Shown here in pieces: positions 63,690 to 64,000 of a DNA stretch of 64,000 nt. The stretch comes from Octopus vulgaris (taxonomy: Eukaryota), in assembly GCA_951406725.2 (NCBI GenBank), contig OX597830.1:18042001-18106000 (forward strand), written 5' to 3'. The notes under the pieces are model-generated. The model was not told where the DNA came from and searched no databases. It was given only the letters and a program-made list of their open reading frames with translations. Positions within the stretch are counted from its first letter, which is position 1. Every line of letters starts with the position of its first letter. The position numbers were made by a program, and so were the translations under genes.

Positions 63690-64000
63690 GTCTAAGAATC
63701 CATGTCATAAAAAATATATTTGTATGTATACATACGTACCTCTCTGTCTTTCTCTATCCATGTAATACATACACACACACTCACTATATACTAGTAAATG
63801 AGGGCGTCTTTACAAGAAATGGCAACCAAATCGCTTTCACACCACACCCTGATGTTTTACTTAAAAGTGAACATGTTGATGTGTGCGTATGTATGTTCTG
63901 GGTTTCCTCGTGGAATAGTAACGGTTACATTTTGCTCGCTCAGGACTTACCAACACATACAATACTGGTGTGTTATATACATACACCAACACACAATACT

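Overview
This is AT-rich, repeat-dense eukaryotic DNA. The SINE/LINE and microsatellite landscape suggests an octopus or other coleoid cephalopod (inference). One host gene is supported: a minus-strand SLC25A39/40-family mitochondrial glutathione carrier. Six coding exons were reconstructed by hand (25029-24924, 9704-9529, 7006-6939, 2372-2245, 2053-1880, 1556-1447), all with GT-AG sites and consistent phases; its 3' exons lie left of the window. The rest is transposon-derived or simple sequence: three CR1/L2-group LINEs (one with an uninterrupted EN-RT frame), RTE and HERO-like relics, a Helitron with a PIF1 helicase plus non-autonomous Helitrons, piggyBac, mariner and maT (DD37D) elements, several MITEs, and dozens of tRNA-derived SINEs. 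The most unusual structures are recurrent 150-290 bp fold-back palindromes, three MITE families carrying TTAGGG-like repeats (one with a 6-bp TSD), a mirror-symmetric CR1/RTE...RTE/CR1 block, hammerhead-like relics, and two departures from consensus in the carrier protein. No clearly novel multi-gene system can be supported.
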